Below are positions 59,246-64,000 of a DNA stretch of 64,000 bases, piece by piece (positions within the stretch are counted from its first letter, which is position 1; every line of letters starts with the position of its first letter). The notes under the pieces were generated by a model. That model searched no databases, had not been told where the DNA came from, and was given only the letters and a program-made list of their open reading frames with translations. This DNA comes from an uncultured Bacteroidales bacterium (GTDB taxonomy: Bacteria > Bacteroidota > Bacteroidia > Bacteroidales > Paludibacteraceae): assembly GCA_944321745.1 (NCBI GenBank), contig CALUML010000001.1, forward strand, positions 2,576 to 66,575, read 5' to 3'. Both the position numbers and the translations under genes were made by a program.

Positions 59246-61255
59246 TTATTTCTTCGTTATTTTGGCTGCCCAGCCGCCGCCGGGGGCAAGTTTCACTCCA
59301 AATTTCATCGACATGGGGTCGCATGTCAGGGTGAAATTCTCTTTCCGGTAGTCGCGTGCGGCGCGGTCGGCGTTGATGCCGTCTTGGAATGCTTCTATGT
59401 CGTAGGAGCCTTCGGCGAGGAAAGCGGAGAGGTCGATGGTTACCTCGCGTGCGTCCCAGTTGTTGAGCGCGCCGACATACCAGGTGTCGCCGCTGCGGCG
59501 GGCGATGATGACGTATTCGCCTACCCGGCCGTCGAGCGCGACGGTTTCATCCCACACGGTGGGAATCCCGGTGATGAAGTCCGTGCATTCTTCCTCCTGT
59601 TCGTAATTGGACGGGCTGTCGCACAGCATGTTGAGCGGCGACTCGAACACCACGTACTCGGCCAGCTGGTGGCAGCGCGTGCCTTGGCTCATGGCCTCGC
59701 TGTTCACCGGGCGGTAGTTGCCGCGCGTGGCGTTGCGCATGGCCCCTTGCGTGTAGTCCATCGGCCCGGCCACCATGCGCACGAAGGGGATGGTTACGTC
59801 GTAAGTTACCTGGTCCACGTGCGTGCCGCCCCACTTGAGCTGTTCCAACCCGTGCACGCCTTCGTAGTTGATGACGTTCGGGTAGGTGCGGTGCAGGCCG
59901 GTGGGCTTGTAGGTGCCGTGGAAGTCAATGAGCAGTTTGTACTTGGCGGCCATTTCGGCGGCGCGGCGGTGGAAATCGACCATCATCTGGTCGTCGCGGT
60001 CCATGAAGTCGACCTTGAAGCCCTTGATGCCCATGTCGGCATAGTGGCGGCACACGCGCTCCATGTCGCGGTCGAAGGCGTAGTAACCGGCCCAGAGTAT
60101 CAGCCCTACGCCCTTGCTCCCGGCATAGTCGGCCAGCATGGGCAGGTCGATTTCGGGTATCACTTGCATGAGGTCGGCTTGCAGGTTCACGGCCCAGCCT
60201 TCGTCGAGGATGACGTATTCAATGCCCTGGCGTGCGGCGAAGTCGATATAATATTTATAGGTATCGTTGTTGATACCGGCCCGGAAGTCCACGCCGTAGA
60301 GGTTCCAGTCGTTCCACCAGTCCCAGGCCACCTTGCCGGGCTTCACCCACGAGAAGTCCATGTCCGCCTGCGGGGTGGCTAGGCGGTACACCATATCGCT
60401 GTCGGCCAGTTCGTGGTCCTGTTCCGAAACCACGAGGTAACGCCAGGGGAAGTCCGTGCCCCGGTCGAATGCGGCAATGTAGTCTTCGCGCTCCGTGACC
60501 ACCATTTGCAGGCGGTTGTGGCCGCCCTGCTCCATCTTGGCCGGGTAGGGGGCGAACACGCCTTGAAGCGACGTGCCGCCCGCCGTGTAGAGGTACATGC
60601 CGGGGTAGTTCATGAGGTCGGCTTCGCCGATGCACACCTTCTTGCCGTTGGCACCCTCGACCAGCAGGGGGAGGAAGGCGTATTTGCGCTTGTCCCAGTT
60701 GGAGAGCTTGTCGTGGGTGTAGGTGTTTTCAAATGAGTTGAAGAACTGCGACTCGAAGTCGGCCGTGCGGTCCTCGCGGATGTAGGGGATGTAGGCCGTC
60801 CAGTCGGCCGGGAAGTTGAACACGGCCTCCTCGCTCTTGACCTGGAAGGGCTTTTTCGACGTGCTGGTGAAGCGGTAGGCCACCCCGTCGTCGTAGGCGC
60901 GGAAGGTAATGCGGTAGTTGCCCCGGAACGTCATTTGCAATTCGTTGTAGCGGTCGAGCACTTCTTTCCGCTTGTACACCGGGGCGGCAATCACCTCGTC
61001 CACACTGCGGGTGGCGGCCTTCAGCAAGCGGGGGTTCACGCCCCAGGCCGTTCCGTCGGCCAACGTCATGGACAAGGGCGAGCGGTCGAGCAGCACGTCG
61101 CCATTGTGCGCCACGGTGTATTCCATCCGTTCGCCTACGCTGACCACGACGACCAGTTCGCGGTCGGGCGAGGTCAATGTGTAATCTTTGGCGGAAGCCA
61201 GCGGCAGTCCGCCCAAACATGCCAGTGCGGCAATGAAAAGCTTTCTCTTTTTCAC
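59246..61255 (-). CDS. Glycoside hydrolase family 97
   Basis: FRAYDDGVAYRF, SWVKPGKVAWDWW, LDEGW and GPMDYT motifs; TATGTTTG at 61307-61300. Confidence 0.93.
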   Translation of the reverse strand: MKKRKLFIAALACLGGLPLASAKDYTLTSPDRELVVVVSVGERMEYTVAHNGDVLLDRSPLSMTLADGTAWGVNPRLLKAATRSVDEVIAAPVYKRKEVLDRYNELQMTFRGNYRITFRAYDDGVAYRFTSTSKKPFQVKSEEAVFNFPADWTAYIPYIREDRTADFESQFFNSFENTYTHDKLSNWDKRKYAFLPLLVEGANGKKVCIGEADLMNYPGMYLYTAGGTSLQGVFAPYPAKMEQGGHNRLQMVVTEREDYIAAFDRGTDFPWRYLVVSEQDHELADSDMVYRLATPQADMDFSWVKPGKVAWDWWNDWNLYGVDFRAGINNDTYKYYIDFAARQGIEYVILDEGWAVNLQADLMQVIPEIDLPMLADYAGSKGVGLILWAGYYAFDRDMERVCRHYADMGIKGFKVDFMDRDDQMMVDFHRRAAEMAAKYKLLIDFHGTYKPTGLHRTYPNVINYEGVHGLEQLKWGGTHVDQVTYDVTIPFVRMVAGPMDYTQGAMRNATRGNYRPVNSEAMSQGTRCHQLAEYVVFESPLNMLCDSPSNYEQEEECTDFITGIPTVWDETVALDGRVGEYVIIARRSGDTWYVGALNNWDAREVTIDLSAFLAEGSYDIEAFQDGINADRAARDYRKENFTLTCDPMSMKFGVKLAPGGGWAAKITKK

Positions 61256-61381
61256 GATAGAAACAGTTAAATGTTATACATAACGGGGAAATTGCGTTGC
61301 AAACATACGGAAAAAAGAGCAAGCAGGCAAGCAGTCCGGGGATGAATATCCGCAACCGGCCCATTCTGCCTGCCACACTCC

Positions 61382-61651
61382 CCTCCCCGCCCTTCGGCAT
61401 CCAAACTTCCCCGCCTGCCTATCCAAACTTCCGCGCTTGCCCGACTATTCTTCTTGCTTTGCTCACGTATTCTACAAACTAAGTCTTAGTTTTTACAAAC
61501 TAAATCTTAGTTTTTATAAACCAAGTCTTAGTTTATACAAACCAAGCCTTAGTTTGTAGAATGTCTGCCCACGGTCGGAAGAATATCCGGGCAAGCGCGG
61601 AAGTATGGATAAGCAGGCTGGGAAGTTTGGATGCGGGAAAGGCGGGGGAGG
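61382..61651. repeat. ~270-bp foldback element: ~72-bp inverted arms around four 21-bp palindromic units (TACAAACTAAGTCTTAGTTTT)
   Basis: Arms at 61382-61453 and 61578-61651; units start at 61473, 61494, 61515 and 61536. Confidence 0.88.
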
Positions 61652-61765
61652 AATTAAGGAAGCATACGGCCTCGGCAAGGCGGTCGGGTGAAAAAGATAT
61701 TGGCAAAATGATAGGAATGTATCGGAAAAGAATTATCTTTGCCCTTGTTTCACGAGCAAAATGAC

Positions 61766-62806
61766 ATGGACCCCAACAGAGCCGTACTCTTGATATTCAC
61801 CGGCGGCACCATCAGCATGGCCGAGGACGCGGGCACCGGGGCGTTGCGCCCGATAGACTTCGAACGGCTGCAGGAACTGATGCCCGAACTGCGCCAGACG
61901 GGCATCCGCATCCACAGCGTGCCCTTCCTGCCCCTCATCGACTCGTCGGACGTGGAACCGCCGCTATGGGAGCGGCTGGCAGTCACCATACGCGACCATT
62001 ACGACCGCTACGACGGCTTCGTGGTGCTGCACGGCACCGACACGATGGCCTACTCCGCCTCCGCGCTTAGCTTCATGCTCGAGAACCTGGGCAAACCGGT
62101 CATCTTCACCGGGTCGCAGCTGCCCATCGGCATGTTGCGGTCGGACGCGAAGGAGAACCTGCTCACCGCCATCGAGATTGCCGCCGACAAGACTGCCGAC
62201 GGGCGTACCATGGTGCCCGAGGTGTGCATCTTCTTCGAGGACACGCTCTTCCGCGCCAACCGCACCACCAAAAAGAACGCCGAGCACTTCAACGCCTTCA
62301 ATTCGTACAACTACCCCCCGCTGGCCAAGGCGGGCGTGCACATCAAGTACAACATGGCGGCCATCCACCACCCCGACGTGGAGCGTCCGCTACGCATCCG
62401 CACCAAGACGGACACGAACATCGCCATCCTGAAACTCTACCCGGGCATCAACGAGGGCATGGTGAACGCCATATTGGGCATCCCGCACCTGCGGGCCGTG
62501 GTGCTGGAGTCGTTCGGCGCGGGCAACGCCCCCCGGCGCAGGTGGCTGTACGACGCGCTGAAAGCGGCCACCGACCGGGGCATCATCATCGTGAACAAGA
62601 CACCGTGCAGCACCGGCTCGGTGGAGATGGGCCGCTACGAGACCAGCCTCAACCTCATCAACGCCGGGGTTATCAGCGGCTACGACATCACCACGGAGGC
62701 GCTCGTCACCAAGCTGATGTACCTGCTGGGCGAATGCGCCTCCACCGACGAAGTGAAAGCCCTGCTCGGACGGAGCATCTGCGGGGAAATGACGGTGAAC
62801 GGATGA
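61766..62806 (+). CDS. ansA: L-asparaginase type I (cytoplasmic)
   Basis: TGGTI, HGTDTMAY and TGSQLP motifs; TATCTTTG at 61734-61741. Confidence 0.93.
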   Translation: MDPNRAVLLIFTGGTISMAEDAGTGALRPIDFERLQELMPELRQTGIRIHSVPFLPLIDSSDVEPPLWERLAVTIRDHYDRYDGFVVLHGTDTMAYSASALSFMLENLGKPVIFTGSQLPIGMLRSDAKENLLTAIEIAADKTADGRTMVPEVCIFFEDTLFRANRTTKKNAEHFNAFNSYNYPPLAKAGVHIKYNMAAIHHPDVERPLRIRTKTDTNIAILKLYPGINEGMVNAILGIPHLRAVVLESFGAGNAPRRRWLYDALKAATDRGIIIVNKTPCSTGSVEMGRYETSLNLINAGVISGYDITTEALVTKLMYLLGECASTDEVKALLGRSICGEMTVNG

Positions 62807-62815
62807 AAGGGGAGA

Positions 62816-63188
62816 GTTGAAAATTGAAAATTGAAAGTTGAAAGGGGAAAGGAGAAAGGGAAAAGCTCAAGGCCAACGGCCTTGTGGCGTTCAGCGTAGG
62901 GCAACGCCCTATGAACAGAGGCAAGGGGGAAAGGAAAAAGTCCAAGGCCAACGGCCTTGTGGCGTTCAGCATAGGGCAACGCCCTATGAACAGCGGTGAG
63001 GAATGAGAGGTAAGAGATGAGGTGTAAGGAGCAAGCATCTCTCTGTGCAAATCCATCCAATCCGTGTTGTCCGTGTGCTAATATAATAACTGAAGGTTGA
63101 ATAACAGATTAACTGAAAATCTGCGCTTATCTGCGCTATCTGCGGGAAATAATCTGAAATCTGTAATTTGAAATCTGACAATCTGAAA
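62816..63188. repeat. Composite: TTGAAAA/AAAGGRG heptamers, two 46-bp REPs (62868-62913, 62943-62988), GAGGTAA, ATCCGT/ATCTGCG nonamers and TCTGAAA heptamers
   Basis: Read directly from the sequence. Confidence 0.88.
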
Positions 63189-63198
63189 TATAAACGTT

Positions 63199-64000
63199 AT
63201 GGAACTACCTTTCGCTGAATCTTGGAAAATCAAGATGGTGGAGCCTATCCACAAGAGCACTCGCGAGCAACGCGAACAATGGCTGAAAGATGCCCATTAC
63301 AACGTGTTCCAGCTGCCCGCCGTGCAAGTGTACATCGACCTCATCACCGACTCGGGCACCGGGGCCATGAGCGACCGCCAATGGGCCGGCATGATGCTGG
63401 GCGACGAGAGCTACGCCGGTGCCACGTCCTTCTTCAAATTGAAGGACACCATCACCCGGCTCACCGGCTTCGAGTATGTCATCCCCACCCACCAGGGGCG
63501 GGCTGCCGAGAACGTGCTGTTCTCCTACCTCGTCCACGAGGGCGACATCGTGCCGGGCAACTCCCACTTCGACACCACGAAGGGGCACATCGAGGCCCGG
63601 CACGCCACCGCCTGGGACATCACCGTCGATGAGGCCCGGGATACCCAGCTGGAAATTCCTTTCAAAGGCAACGCCGATCCCCGCAAGCTGGAGGCCGTAC
63701 TGGCGGAACATGCCGACCGCGTGCCCTTCATCCTCGTCACCATTACGAACAACACGGCGGGCGGACAGCCCGTGTCCATGCAGAACCTGCGCGAAGTGCG
63801 CGCCATTGCCGACCGATACGGCAAGCGCGTCCTCTTCGACTCGGCCCGCTTTGCCGAAAACGCTTACTTCATCAAGACCCGCGAGGCCGGTTATGCCGAC
63901 AAGACCATCAAGGAGATAGCCCGCGAAATGTTCAGCTATGCCGATGGCATGACGATGAGTGCCAAGAAGGATGCCATCGTCAACATGGGAGGGTTCATCG
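63199..64000 (+). CDS. tnaA: Tryptophanase / beta-eliminating lyase, truncated by the window end
   Basis: Manual translation MELPFAESWKIKMVEP...DLITDSGT...GDESYAG...HQGRAAE...DSARFAENAYFIK...MSAKKD (PLP lysine). Tyrosine phenol-lyase is not fully excluded. Confidence 0.85.
   Translation, partial: MELPFAESWKIKMVEPIHKSTREQREQWLKDAHYNVFQLPAVQVYIDLITDSGTGAMSDRQWAGMMLGDESYAGATSFFKLKDTITRLTGFEYVIPTHQGRAAENVLFSYLVHEGDIVPGNSHFDTTKGHIEARHATAWDITVDEARDTQLEIPFKGNADPRKLEAVLAEHADRVPFILVTITNNTAGGQPVSMQNLREVRAIADRYGKRVLFDSARFAENAYFIKTREAGYADKTIKEIAREMFSYADGMTMSAKKDAIVNMGGFI

Noticed and set aside
61473-61556. Possible mini-CRISPR arrays (also 14828-14915 and 31919-31998)
   Set aside because: Units are directly adjacent with no unique spacers, and there are no cas genes in the window.

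Overview
Chromosomal window from a GC-rich member of the Bacteroidales, judged from TAnnTTTG -7 promoters, T9SS-type C-termini and Bacteroidota-type ribosomal proteins. It carries the complete str-S10-spc-alpha ribosomal superoperon (rpsL to rplQ, 32.4-51.0 kb, minus strand). Housekeeping genes around it include mutL, CCA-adding enzyme, 7TM-HD phosphohydrolase, mazG, dnaG, pyrH, frr, argF'/argB/argE, ansA and a partial tnaA. There are also transport, hydrolase and surface genes. I found no rRNA, tRNA, CRISPR array or intact transposase. The most unusual signal is non-coding: nearly every intergenic gap outside the ribosomal operon is built from modular short repeats. These are 7-, 8- and 9-mer tandem tracts in inverted pairs, an 8-copy 46-bp double-hairpin REP, a GTAGAGAC REP, a CCCC/GGGG palindrome family partly translated inside genes, and three arrays of four 21-22 bp palindromic units. 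Other candidates are a promoter- and terminator-bounded ~70-nt sRNA, a two-gene small-membrane-protein module, a UbiA plus radical SAM operon, and a GT14 glycosyltransferase broken at a G5/C5 tract. Family names come from recognising motifs by eye, not from database searches.
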